From the NCBI GenBank assembly GCA_002633005.1, contig NMRA01000159.1, positions 253,855 to 317,854 on the forward strand: DNA of 64,000 nt, read 5' to 3'. Under the pieces are notes generated by a model that worked only from the letters and a program-made list of their open reading frames with translations, made no database searches and was not told where the DNA came from. This document shows, one piece after another, positions 13,188 through 25,212 of the stretch. Position 1 is the stretch's first letter, and each line of letters begins with the position of its first letter. This stretch comes from Phoronis australis. Taxonomy: Eukaryota > Animalia > Phoronida. A program made the position numbers and the translations under genes.

Positions 13188-13680
13188 CAGTGGCGGATCT
13201 AGGATATCACAAGGGGAGGACAACATTTTGTCCGGCAGTAAGCATTTGCGCAAACCACGATTGTACTGGTAGATGCACATTGCACCGAATGGGGGGGGGG
13301 GGGGNAGGGTTTGCCCCCCTAACTCCCAGGAATTTTTTTCCTCTAAAAATCAAGCATTTTCCTTGATTCCTGAAGTATTATCCAAGAAAGGCAAAAAAAC
13401 ATGAAGAACGTGTTAAACAGGGAAAACTGCAAAAACCTCAGACTCGAACTCACGACCTGGCAGATTGAACGCGCGTGCTTTACCACTAAGCCACCACTCT
13501 TTAACTACTAAGGAGACCTACTTGTTTATGGTCCACCAAGCGTTTTCGCGCGAAACCTACTTCTTTTTGTAATGTTTATTACACTTTATACTTTGTGCGA
13601 ATTGGTTCTTAACAAATTTGTTGTATTTAAAATAGTCTTTAAATGCCCAAAATAACAAATCAGTTTTTCGTGTTGACAAT
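13188..13680. mobile_element. Dispersed hAT-like MITE (CAGTGGCGGATCTAGGATATCACAAG...) carrying an antisense tRNA-like segment
   Basis: Highly similar to 35088-35583 and to 13911-14018. Segment 13441-13496 reads on the minus strand TGGCTTAGTGG (A box) ... GTTCGAGTC (B box). Confidence 0.75.
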
Positions 13681-13910
13681 AATAACGGGATTGCTTTGGA
13701 AATCGTCTTAAGTTAAGGTTTGACAAAGAGTGAATTATGAGTTTCGATTAAAATTCACATCTTACCAGCAGCTTCAGTTGAGAAGTGCTAAGTAGTAGGG
13801 ACACTGTCTTTTTTCTAATTCAAGCCACGCGGGGTCTACGACGCTCGCAAGAGCTAGTGATACATGTAGGACGTACGGACTCGGAGTCCCGCTACTAAGT
13901 CAACTAAGCT

Positions 13911-14018
13911 CAGTGGCGGATCTAGGATATCACAAGGGGGGGGGCCAACATTTTGTCCGGCTGTAAGCATTTGCGCAAACCGAACCACGTTTGTAGATGC
14001 GCATAGCACAGAATGGGG
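13911..14018. mobile_element. Left end of another copy of the same MITE, cut by the assembly gap
   Basis: cagtggcggatctaggatatcacaagggg...ccaacattttgtccggc matches the copies at 13188 and 35088. Confidence 0.7.
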
Positions 14019-14926
14019 NNNNNNNNNNNNNNNNNNNNNNNNNNNNNNNNNNNNNNNNNNNNNNNNNNNNNNNNNNNNNNNNNNNNNNNNNNNNNNNNNN
14101 NNNNNNNNNNNNNNNNNNNNNNNNNNNNNNNNNNNNNNNNNNNNNNNNNNNNNNNNNNNNNNNNNNNNNNNNNNNNNNNNNNNNNNNNNNNNNNNNNNNN
14201 NNNNNNNNNNNNNNNNNNNNNNNNNNNNNNNNNNNNNNNNNNNNNNNNNNNNNNNNNNNNNNNNNNNNNNNNNNNNNNNNNNNNNNNNNNNNNNNNNNNN
14301 NNNNNNNNNNNNNNNNNNNNNNNNNNNNNNNNNNNNNNNNNNNNNNNNNNNNNNNNNNNNNNNNNNNNNNNNNNNNNNNNNNNNNNNNNNNNNNNNNNNN
14401 NNNNNNNNNNNNNNNNNNNNNNNNNNNNNNNNNNNNNNNNNNNNNNNNNNNNNNNNNNNNNNNNNNNNNNNNNNNNNNNNNNNNNNNNNNNNNNNNNNNN
14501 NNNNNNNNNNNNNNNNNNNNNNNNNNNNNNNNNNNNNNNNNNNNNNNNNNNNNNNNNNNNNNNNNNNNNNNNNNNNNNNNNNNNNNNNNNNNNNNNNNNN
14601 NNNNNNNNNNNNNNNNNNNNNNNNNNNNNNNNNNNNNNNNNNNNNNNNNNNNNNNNNNNNNNNNNNNNNNNNNNNNNNNNNNNNNNNNNNNNNNNNNNNN
14701 NNNNNNNNNNNNNNNNNNNNNNNNNNNNNNNNNNNNNNNNNNNNNNNNNNNNNNNNNNNNNNNNNNNNNNNNNNNNNNNNNNNNNNNNNNNNNNNNNNNN
14801 NNNNNNNNNNNNNNNNNNNNNNNNNNNNNNNNNNNNNNNNNNNNNNNNNNNNNNNNNNNNNNNNNNNNNNNNNNNNNNNNNNNNNNNNNNNNNNNNNNNN
14901 NNNNNNNNNNNNNNNNNNNNNNNNNN
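14019..14926. other. Assembly gap (N run)
   Basis: Run of n. The long X-rich ORFs here are artefacts. Confidence 0.99.
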
Positions 14927-15413
14927 ATGACGCCGGGATGAAAATATGCCGAAAATATGATATACTTCACAAAAATTTAGTGAGACAAAGTCAACAACTG
15001 AGTTATGCTATCGAGCATCCCACGCGAATTGACCCTCGGGCGCACACGCGCCTGTGACTCATTTCTTGTGTTGACTGACACCTTCGGACATTCACCTGTT
15101 CGAACTGTTTTGAGCGACATCTTCCGGGTGTTTTGAAAGCAATATCATTTTCTGTATTAGATACAAGGCACACAAGATAAACAAAATTGTTCATGGTAGT
15201 ACGAATTTTCTACTTTTTTTGTCAGTATGGAATTGTTTTTGTACCAATTAAATTTTTGAAACGATCGATATTGACGTACGGTTCGAGAGTAAGATCCCAA
15301 ACCGGATGTGATGTCATATGAACTGGAATGACCTCGTCAATTTTAAACACGAAAGTCGTCTGGCTCCATTTTTAACCGAGTTACGTGATAATCATTGCCG
15401 TAAACCATGTGAA

Positions 15414-15525
15414 ATGTGTGATTTTCATACAGTAACAGTCATTTGTGTTGTATTTGTCTATTTATTTAGTTTATCTGGTGCTACTCAATGCGTGGATGAC
15501 CCGTCATTAAGAATCAATTACACAG
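15414..15525 (+). CDS. MEGF9: MEGF9-like FN3 + laminin-EGF membrane protein, exon 1 (signal peptide)
   Basis: MCDFHTVTVICVVFVYLFSLSGATQC... is a hydrophobic signal peptide. Ends ACAG|GTAAGT (consensus donor, phase 1) and joins in frame to exon 2. Confidence 0.7.
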
Positions 15526-16129
15526 GTAAGTTGACCACGACAAAGTGAAAATTGATACAAGTGCTTCCGTTATCATCGTCACAAAACTTCTGGTTTTTAC
15601 CACTGTATCGGGACTGTAAACCGGGACATACGAGACAATTGGTAGCATTACACGCCTCACAAATGTTCGCTCGTTGGACCATTTGAATTGTTTACTACTA
15701 ACGAATTTGATTCAAAATTTAAATTTCCGTTTCTGAGGTGCCCAAATCATGGGAGCAGTTGTTTGATCCTTGACAATGACAGTTTTAACCAGCTACTGGG
15801 CATTATTCTATTTAACACATAAAAACAGGTTTTTTTGGTAACTAGTAGTTGTCAAATACAAAATGATTATCACTGTTATTTCCACCTCTTAGTCTATGAC
15901 TATGGCTTACCATCTTCAAAGGAAAGTGAAGATTTTAGGTGGTTGTTTTATATCTTTAATCAAAAGTACTGAAAAATTGAAATCCTAGAGTATATTCCCA
16001 GCATAGGCCTACCTGTGATGATTTCGTATGGAAGGTCAATCCGCACATTTTAATTAAAAAACATTGAATTAGTAGGAAAAGACCAATATAGCTTAAATAC
16101 TGCAAAAGCTTGAATCATTTTAAGTTGAT

Positions 16130-16551
16130 ATCTTAGTCACAACAAACAATTTAGTACTAGAAATTCAGACGGTACGTCCGTCACATACGTCTGTCACACT
16201 AACTCAAATTCTATCGAGCTCTCTGACAAAAATTTCTTGAGAGATATCAAAAAATTAGTATTTTTTACTTTGTAAACATTCCGCTATATCATCATGTAAA
16301 ACAAAAAATTGTAACTTGATGCAACTCACAGAAAATTCACGTTAAAAATTTTTTAAAAAATTCAAATTCTCTGCATACGTCCGTCACACCCCTTTTAAAG
16401 GCAATTCTCTCAGTCAGATTAAAAGATACGGGAAAAGTTCATGGTTTGAAAGCTATTAAATGATGTATTAATTATTTTCCCAGGATGAACATTTTTTCAC
16501 AATTGATCAAAATGTTCTGTGATTGTACGTCCGTCACAAATGGAAGTGCCC
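16130..16551. mobile_element. DNA-transposon relic with ACGTCCGTCACA subterminal repeats (Sola-like GGGCA end)
   Basis: Four copies of acgtc(c/t)gtcaca, terminating in ...atggaagtgccc. A related relic at about 18150-18705 ends ...cacggaattgccc. Confidence 0.4.
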
Positions 16552-17335
16552 AATACTAAATTAAAACGGATTTATAAGTAAATATGACTGTCAAAATATT
16601 AAATCTGAAATGAAATTTTAAAACATTACTAACCACTGTCATAAAAACACATTTTAAATAATTGTTTTTAAATTAGAACTTGCCTTAAGCTTGCATAAAA
16701 TTATTCTCTGGACCATGCCGTTGATGGTTCTGATGAATGCCATGTAAGTAATAATCATGGGTTTTTTAAACAGTATTAGTAACAGGACTTCAGTATCTTC
16801 TTAAAACAAAGTGTGAAGCATGGTTTAGTAGACAGCAACGACTTTTGGCATTCATATTCAAATCACCTGTGCTGTCTGTGAAAGCAAGACATTTTTTTAA
16901 TTAATTGCATTTAGGATTATGATTTAGTAATATGTAGAACTAACTTATCAGATGTTGGTTTCTATTTAGTGATTGGCGTGATTAGGTTTTCATCTAGCTC
17001 TTTGTCTTCTTTTCAAATTCAAGGAGAGGCTGCTTTAAATAATGTCACATCAGAGTACACACAAGTACAATTATGAATTTCTTGATCCATGATTGCATTT
17101 TTTTTCGAGTTTCAAAGATTATTTGGGCAGGTATTTATTCTTTTTCCAGTTGCATCAGTTCTTTCGGTGGTCTCCAACAATTTCCTCTTTTTTCTAAACG
17201 CTGATTTAATCTCCTGGCCGCTAAACAGAAAAAAGAGTCTAATTCTTAAAAAGATTGAGGGATCAAAAATACCTAAGATGAAACAATGTAATCACTTGCT
17301 TTGAATCATTTCATACAAGCCACTCAATGACGCAA

Positions 17336-17821
17336 CAGGCCTTTATGCAGCGTAGGTCCTGGGCATCCAAATGCACTAATCTGGACACACTGGCAAGGAG
17401 GCCCAATGTATCATTTGGACGCCTACTGTCAATAGGAACCTTTCAAGTTTGGACACACACATTGTAATGAATACTAGGAAGCCTCTGAAGGCTGGCAGTG
17501 GGGGCTCTTTTTTCAAAGCAGGAAGAAATATACAATATATATACAAAGTATATGCATTGTTGCTATTTTGACACTTGATTGACAGCATTGTAAAAGTCTT
17601 GGTCTACACTGTTTTTTTTAGTAAAAATGCTCACCATAGAAAGCTGTTTTATAAACTTAGATGTAAAAACCTTGATCTGTGCATTTTTTGTAAAAAAATC
17701 TGTGTTTGGGGGTATTGCTGGGGGTGGGGGCCGGGGGTTACGCATCGGAATCATGGATGCCCTGGAATATTGGGAACCCCATTTTGGACACCCTATTTTC
17801 GAAATCTTGGATAAAGGCCTG
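17336..17821. mobile_element. hAT-like MITE
   Basis: Perfect 11-bp TIR CAGGCCTTTAT / ATAAAGGCCTG, with tttggac(a/g)c subterminal repeats. No 8-bp TSD visible. Confidence 0.55.
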
Positions 17822-20101
17822 GGGGTAATAACAGATAAAAATAAGTTCATTAAATTAGTATTTTGCTTTATTTACATTTTATAATTTGGGCCAACTGTCT
17901 GATTTTAATAAGTTGAATTCTACTAAGATTAACTAGATGACATTGCAAACTATAACTTTGCTGCAAATACCCTTGAAATTGAAAAAATCCAATGCATTTC
18001 AGTTTAAATCTGTAGCAACTTATTCACATAATTTTAAAGCTGCCTTTGTGATATTGCATTGTTTTGTGTGTGATACATTTTAACTTCTGCATCTTTAGAA
18101 AGTAAAAAATGATATGACCTAAAGTTACCTTTATTTGCTGAAAAATTGTTATTTCGTGGGTGTGACGAACATACTAATTTTCTGTAGTGTGTCACGCAAT
18201 TTCTGACTTAACGAATTATCCGTGGGATCTAAAATTTTGGTCAATAGTATTGAGTAATAAGTTAAAAGAGAATCTGAAATTATTTTAATTTTGATTGAAA
18301 ACTTAACGTAACTGAAGTTTTAACACTTTTTGTGATGGGTGTACGGCACCATGATATCCAGGAGTTGACCTTTGACCCCAAGAGGTCAATGATGTGCCAA
18401 AGTTGAAATGTTATTTTTTATAAAGTTTGGGGTTCATGTGATTGCACAAATTTGATAGTATAGTAAAATACTTATAATTAGCTTTTTATGACAATAATTA
18501 GCAACTCACATGAAAATCAAGCTAATTTTTTTAGGGTCAGGTGACCCCAAAAATGGGTCTATTTAGGCAAAAAATGAAAGTTATAGGACAGTCAAATATG
18601 GGTCCTGAAACTAGAAAGAATTGGCTTTCAGATGAGACCAAAACTATTAGTGTAGTCACAATTTTAATTTTTTGTCTAGAGCTTGACCTTTTCACGGAAT
18701 TGCCCATATAATACCGTAATATAACATGAAAAAGGAATGTAAAAATGATCCTTTGTAGCTGACGAGCAGATAAGCTTTTAATTAAAATTGATGTGGCAGT
18801 AAAGTTAAATATACGCTTCAAAGCAGTAAAATTTTACACGTATCAGTGCATAAAGTTAAAGTTGATTTAGTGAATTAAAGACACAACCATTAAAGACAAA
18901 TGGAACCGTCTTGTATAGACCTTAGTTCACAGCTCACTTAACGGATTAAAAGGTGGAACTGCTGAAGTTGTTCCAATACATCATATGCCACTGATTAAAT
19001 GTTCGAGCCATCCATAACATGCATATCATCAAGCATAAATTTGCCCATATTTCTGGCCTTTCAGGAAATTGTGTTTTAACAACAAACCTAGGGTTGTTTT
19101 TTTACTCTTGTTAACATCCAAAGCTTGAAATTTGTGTTTGGTTTGATTTGAACTGCTGAATTTACGGCAAAATTTTACAAATATCTGACAAAATAATTCC
19201 CGAAATTGCATTTTTTCATATTTCAAGGTTTTCTTACATTGTTCCCACAGTCGTCTACAATTTTGTCTGATGGTAGCTGTGATGCAAAACTTTCCAAAAG
19301 TGTTCACTACCTAGCTTTACACTGCTTAGATGGCTACCGTCTCAACTGGCCCCACTAGAGATAGCAGTGTGCTTTAGGCCCTCTATATGCTGGAAGCTTT
19401 TTGGTGAATTATGCCTCACATTGATTAAATCATCAAAGTCGCATTGCTATTAATAAGTACCTTTTGCTGTACAAGACACCTTAGGAGGCCGTTGATGTTT
19501 TTAATTCTCCCATAATCAAATTTTTTTTGAAACAGTCTGTCGTTCAATTGCCCAAATTTGCAACTGGCCATTTTTACACTACTTGTGCCAAAGGATATGC
19601 TATCATATTTGGCGTATGGAGGGCCTATGGGATGTCTAGCATCTCTGCTGGGGCCAGTTGGGACAGCGGTTCATACAGAACTTACAATAAACCGTCGGTG
19701 ATTTTTTGGAATTGAACTACCCTGTAGGTAGTAAGGGTGTCTGGTTGTGATATCTCCCATGATTCTTTTGCTCAGTACTACCGTGATGTTATCATCCCTG
19801 ACCCCTGCTTTTGTGATGAACTTGTCCAGATTCTGTTGTCCACGCAGAGGCTGTAAATACTGGAAAGGCAGCAGCCAAGTGGGGATTTTCAAAGCAAATA
19901 AAACTCGAGTTGAGGGTCTGAGTTGAAAGTTTTCAACATGGTTTTAACATTGAGGAAATTTTTTAACAAACGGGGATTTTAGGCGAGGAGGGGGGAAATT
20001 GTTCGTGTTTTTCAACGGAAAATTTTGGGAACTTTGGTCTGGCTGAAATGAACCACTTTTGTGTTAAATTTTATCATCTATCCTATTGCTAAAGTAGAGA
20101 A

Positions 20102-20430
20102 GGCGGTATGGCCTAACGTGATAGGTACCCGCTTTCTTTACTCGAGTCGTGGGTTCTGGTCTTAGTGGGCCACATCGCTAGACATTTGATCTTACGTGAC
20201 TGCCAATTAGACGTCCACGTTGTCAGCAAAGAGTCTTAATTGGCACTCACATAAGATCAAGGAGTCTATCGAGATGCATACTCAGCACCCCGATTGAACC
20301 GAGACCGAGGTGTCAACTTACTTCCCATGTACAGCCAACTATTACTGAACACGGGCACCACAGATGCCTCAGTCACTGAAGAAAGCTGATTCTAGTCGGC
20401 CGAAACATTCGAACTCGTGTCCCCTAGTAA
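20102..20430 (+). mobile_element. SINE-like element: degenerate tRNA-like head, long hairpin, hammerhead-like tail
   Basis: Head GGCGGTATGGCCTAAC...GGGTTCTGGTC with degenerate A and B boxes. Inverted repeat 20187-20260. CTGAAGA-stem-GAAAC at 20376-20406. Confidence 0.4.
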
Positions 20431-21002
20431 GAGAACTTACTTATATTTTTAATGAGCTTGCATATATTTTTAATTAACGTGACTTAGGAGACATTGAAGA
20501 ATCTCTTTCACCACTATGCTTGACGCACTGTTCTCCAAAGCCCTTATAGAAATTGTTTTAAATATGTTCCACTTGTATATGAAGGGTTATCAAAAATAGA
20601 ACTTTTATGATTTGTAAGTTGCATAAAACGAAAATGAAATGATTATAATTTCAAAACTGTAACAGTGTTTCTGAGATTTCATCTTGAACATTAATGTCCA
20701 ATAAAATTTGTTCATGTTGTTGCTAACGTTTACGTAGTAATTGCTGAAAATGCAACTTTTGATTGTCGTGGTCACGTGACCCAGTTAATAGGAAAGTGAT
20801 ATAACTTAAAAAGTCAAATTCTACCAGCCCTCTACTTTCTAACTCAGTATACCTTTACTGAGTTAAAGTATCTAGCATTGTATATATATTGTGTAAAATT
20901 CACACACTTGTTGATAGAGTCTTACAAACCCATAACCTAGTGAGCATTAGACCTGCATGAGAGTTGTCATACACTAAGCTAAAGGTCGTTTTTAATTTGC
21001 AG

Positions 21003-21161
21003 GTTGGCCTGGCAGTCATGTTGCCATGGGTCTCCAAGTGCCGTTGGCGTACACTAGGAGTCTGGAGGTTACATGGTCACTGCCCAGCAATCTGTCCAAC
21101 CGGGTGGACAAGATGACCATACACTGCTGTGAAATGCATAATGGCAACATTCTTAATCCAG
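21003..21161 (+). CDS. MEGF9: MEGF9-like gene exon 2 (FN3, N-terminal half)
   Basis: ttttaatttgcag acceptor and CCAG|gtttgt donor. 159 nt, open: GWPGSHVAMGLQVPLAYTRSLEVTWSLP... (FN3 T.SL.V.W..P motif). Confidence 0.82.
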
Positions 21162-21511
21162 GTTTGTAGGATGTATAACTCACTGCTCTGTCCTTTGTGG
21201 AATTGCTTACAAAAATCACTTTCTTGTGTCGCAAATGGCAATCGTTTAATCCTTAAGTGCGCAGGCACAGTAGCCGTAGTCTAGTAAAGCATCAAACTTA
21301 AGTTAGAGACAATGTCTGACCTGTTGTTTGTCATTATTTTTTGTTGGTTCTCGTGTCGTAGATGCAGTCAAAGTTTCAGTGGCGCAGTGCGATTTTTAAG
21401 CTTTGGCTAATGGATTTTTTTAGCTTATTTCTACGCTTTCGTGGCTTCTATTATCTCTCCGATAATATTACATATTGTTTTCAAATGAATTATGAACCTT
21501 CAATTTTGCAG

Positions 21512-21676
21512 ATGGCATATGTCATGACCAAAAGGCGGTGAACGTGTCCCACAAGCTGCAGCATATCGGAGGACTTGAAGCCTTAAAGTGTTACGTCGTT
21601 TGGCTGGAGGCCACACTCAACTCTGGCCAGCAGATCTTCAGCACGGAGCGCCGCCTGAAGTCAACAGCACCCATCC
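21512..21676 (+). CDS. MEGF9: MEGF9-like gene exon 3 (FN3, C-terminal half)
   Basis: ttttgcag acceptor and C|gtacgt donor. 165 nt, open: ...QHIGGLEALKCYVVWLEA... matches the FN3 I.GL.P...Y.V.V.A motif. Confidence 0.82.
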
Positions 21677-22018
21677 GTACGTATAATTTCAGTGCTCGTC
21701 GCATATACCTGCTTGTATTCACAGTCTTTTTATTGATGGACTTTATCCAATCAGGATCAGTGCACTCTATGGACAAAAAATCCCTACCTCGTGTAAATTG
21801 TCTCTGTCATGATTTCAAGTCCTAATCCCCCTTTCCCATCTGCTAGGCATGTCACTATCCTTTTTATTGCGTAATATTACATAACAATCACTAGCACGCA
21901 TTATTCGAGTCCTTTGTCTGTTCAAGTAGAAAAAAATGCCTTGAAATTTTAAATACAGCTCAAAGCTGTTCAACCGTTGTTGTTTTTGTGATGCAAGAGG
22001 GGTTGATAGAGGCTTTAG

Positions 22019-23678
22019 AGGAGAATGCCACCCGATTTAACTAGTCTTTTTTTACCGTCTTAATCGGTCTGTATCCTCATCGCCTCTTATACAGTCGACC
22101 TCACCTTGCCGAGAGGTGTCGCGTTAACCTGTGAGGAAGGTGAGAAACGACGCAGGGACGTCAGTGGTTCATCTGCAGAGTGAATGCCACTGTATTGCGG
22201 TGCATAGTTCCTGCTTGTCCAAACTATGAAGCTGCCAAGAAAGCGGGCATATCGTTTTTTCGATATCCTTGAGAGCCCGAAATGTTTAGGAAGTGGCACG
22301 CGGTAGTGATGAATGAAAAGTATGCTGTAAGTAGTAAGTATGAGGCCGTGAAACGTCTCCGTGTCGGCAGTGATTTCTCTGATGAATTCCGGCTTACCAA
22401 AGAACTATCCATATGTTCGGTTGCCTGTGCATGTTCACGGCACCTCTCTAGTATTTCTTGATCCGTGTATTCCGGTTAAAACTGATAGCCTGTGAAACCT
22501 AACAATCCAACCTGTGAAGTCTTCGTCGGATGAGCTTTCGACTAAGTCGGGATTGGCAGCAGACGAGTTGCCATGTAGACGTTTAGTACTCTGCGTTCTG
22601 TTCTGTTTCAAAATGAATTATTCTCACCCTAACCAATGCTTAATATAAAACTGAGACAAAGTGTGTCTCATTAGATACAGGAGTTTGTAATGCCTTTGGA
22701 GTACTCGACAGTGCAAATGTTTTGAGAAACCAGGTATAAACCACTACGTTACCAGCTTTAGATGCAATAAAGGTAATTGACCGGGCACCGAGGCCGTGTG
22801 AGCGCATGCTAATTCAGTGTTTGTTTTCAGAAAACTGCTTGTAAAACAATAACTCGATTTTATGTGCTATAGTCGCATGTTAAAGGAATCTTCATTTAGA
22901 TGTACAAATACGTTATTCAAATTATTGTTACTGTACAACCTGTCCCTCACGGTTCTGTGGAAGGGGAATGTGATAGACTTCGTGGCCCCCGACAAATAAG
23001 TAGATTTTCAGTTCCGTGGCTAATTCACCTAAATAATTACGTGCACATTGTTTCTTTGGCTCACTATTATAGTCTTTTCGTGTCTAGAGGTCTAGTTTCC
23101 AACTTAAGCTGGTTTATGTCCGTGATGTCCAGTCCCGGCGGCTGTGACGGGCCTGATCGGGTTCCGAGCCACTCGGGCACGAAGTAACAAGCGTTTTGTG
23201 TGTTGACAACTGAAAAAATCGGAAGTCTAAAAGTACAACACACAGCTATATTCCCCGTCTGCATTTCCCGGAAGAATGATTCGAATTTATCACCAAACAG
23301 ACCCAAAGTCCCGCGATCGACCATGGTAAGTTGGCCTACTGAACTGTGTAGGTTACGGTACATTCAAATGCCTACAAATCCGTAACAGTGAAATAAAACA
23401 ACACATTTGCTCAAGAACTCGATGTATTTGTAAGGGGTTTACTTCAAATTTTGATGATCATTTGGTGTAAAATGATGAATTCAAGCGATAAGCTGACACC
23501 AGTAAGCGTGTTGGGAACGTCTGAACTGACTGCGTTCTAACCTCTGATGTCATTGGTTAATTTCAACACCTCCGTCTGCCGTTTGGTGTCAGGTAAAACA
23601 ACTGAACTTGCTGTTATCGAGTGGAACTTCTCGATCTAAAGTGGTACAAATAGGTTGTTTTTTGGGTGGCATTCTCCT
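22019..23678 (+). mobile_element. Internally deleted Kolobok-type DNA transposon, copy 1 (THAP remnant + KolX-like remnant)
   Basis: Perfect 15-bp TIR AGGAGAATGCCACCC / GGGTGGCATTCTCCT, flanked by TTAG and TTAA. Plus strand CIVPACPNYEAAKKAGISFFRYP*EPEMFRKW (THAP). Minus strand GYQF*PEYTDQEILER. Homologous to 52090-54920. Confidence 0.88.
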
Positions 23679-23932
23679 TTAACAATTTTGCATTTACACA
23701 AGACAATCTTAAGTGTTACTCCCTCTCGTTGCTACGTTAGAAATAAGAATACCCTTTGTATCCTGGCTGTTTGGGATGCGAAAGGTGGCCGCACGTTAAC
23801 GTCCCGCGTTATTTTCGTGCACTACCTTATTGCCGTAGACTTTTCGAACAGTACAACTCGGCCTTGGAGTATCCTGGCTGTGAATGTGTCGGAACTTTAC
23901 TTGACGCTCTCGCATATTTTCTTCATTGTTAG

Positions 23933-24133
23933 GCTGTGACTGTGATCTTAATGGCAGCTTAGGCAACTACTGCGATCCGTACACGGGCCAGTGTGACTGC
24001 AAGGCAAACTTCCACGGCCATTACTGCAGCTTCTGCAAGCCAGGATTTTACCACCACAATGGTGACGCTACAAAATGTGACGGGTGTCCCTGCACTCGCT
24101 TGCATTCTGGCGACGACCTCAGCTGCTCCCACG
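23933..24133 (+). CDS. MEGF9: MEGF9-like gene exon 4 (laminin-type EGF repeats)
   Basis: CDCDLNGSLGNYCDPYTGQCDCKANFHGHYCSFCKPGFY, a canonical LE repeat. ttgttag acceptor and CACG|gtaggc donor, 201 nt. Confidence 0.93.
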
Positions 24134-24185
24134 GTAGGCTAATAAGACTTTTTCATCACAGAGGATATCATGAAGCCCTGTCTTA

Positions 24186-24676
24186 AGGCCCTTTCGTACT
24201 AACTTAATAATTCCGGTATGAGTTCAGCGTCAAAGTAAATTGTGAAGTTATTTGAATCGTTCATACCAGCTTCTGTACTTAACCTCATCAAAGTAAACGG
24301 TAGGTGACGCTTTCATCATCAAAATAATCTCAATATGGCATTGATGTATCCCGTACACACTGAGATTTGGGAAAATTTTGTTAACTGACAAAACTTAATT
24401 CTTATTCGATTGGTGTTCAAGCAAAACATAAGCATCTATTAGGGACAGTACTGTACATTAGTTATTGACTATAGCAGTGACACCTGGCAATAACTTCGAT
24501 GAGACTGAAAATAGCCACTCATACACACAGCATCGTCAACCCTCCACTGTTTAATCTGTCTGTTTACTGGGAAGTTAACTGGGCTGTTAACTTCCATCCA
24601 GGGCCAAAGTTAACCTTTCATATTCAATGAAACTCCCCCATAACCTCGACGCGTCGACCTTAGTATGAAAGGGCCT
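24186..24676. mobile_element. PIF/Harbinger-like MITE
   Basis: 17-bp TIR AGGCCCTTTC(G/A)TACTAA with one mismatch, and a 3-bp TTA duplication on both sides. Confidence 0.8.
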
Positions 24677-25026
24677 TTAGAGATTTCACCCATATCTGGT
24701 TTGGTCTCTTCAGTCCCAGTGTATGTTTTCAAATTTACCCAGAACTCCACCAAAGTGCCAGAGTTGGATAAACATCTTGCCTGAACTGTTTGGCAGTTTT
24801 ATCTTTACACAATAACCCACACTTCCATCGCAGTAAAATAATATTTTGTCCAACTTGTGTTGGAGTTTTGATGTGACATTTTTTACCTATTTGATGATTG
24901 TTTATATTTTATGGACTTGTAATTGTAACTAAAAGTTGTGGTTTTGTGTGTGGAAGCTTTTGGTGAATTTTGACTTGTCCAGGTTATTTTTATGGATATT
25001 TCAACTTATTGATTTTTGTGTATTAG

Positions 25027-25212
25027 ATAACAATGGGCTGATAAAATGCAACCATTGTCGAGCTCCGTACAGCGGGCGTTTATGTCGTGAGTGTGCCCCA
25101 GGATACCACCGCTCAATGCACAACGGCGAGGAACGGATGGTATGCGCACCCTGTACCTGTGGCGGTCATGGTGACACGCAGCATCCCAAGGGACAGTGTG
25201 ACAATGACACAG
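25027..25212 (+). CDS. MEGF9: MEGF9-like gene exon 5 (laminin-type EGF)
   Basis: CNHCRAPYSGRLCRECAPGY...CAPCTCGGHGD...CDNDTG. gtattag acceptor and ACAG|gtaagg donor, 186 nt. Confidence 0.93.

Noticed and set aside
13441-13500. tRNA gene with TCA anticodon (tRNA-Sec or opal suppressor) on the minus strand
   Set aside because: The anticodon and acceptor stems do not pair, the second copy has CTA at the same place, and it lies inside a dispersed repeat. It is a SINE-like head, not a tRNA.
13930-14970. Long ORFs of 305-346 aa
   Set aside because: They are translations of the N gap.
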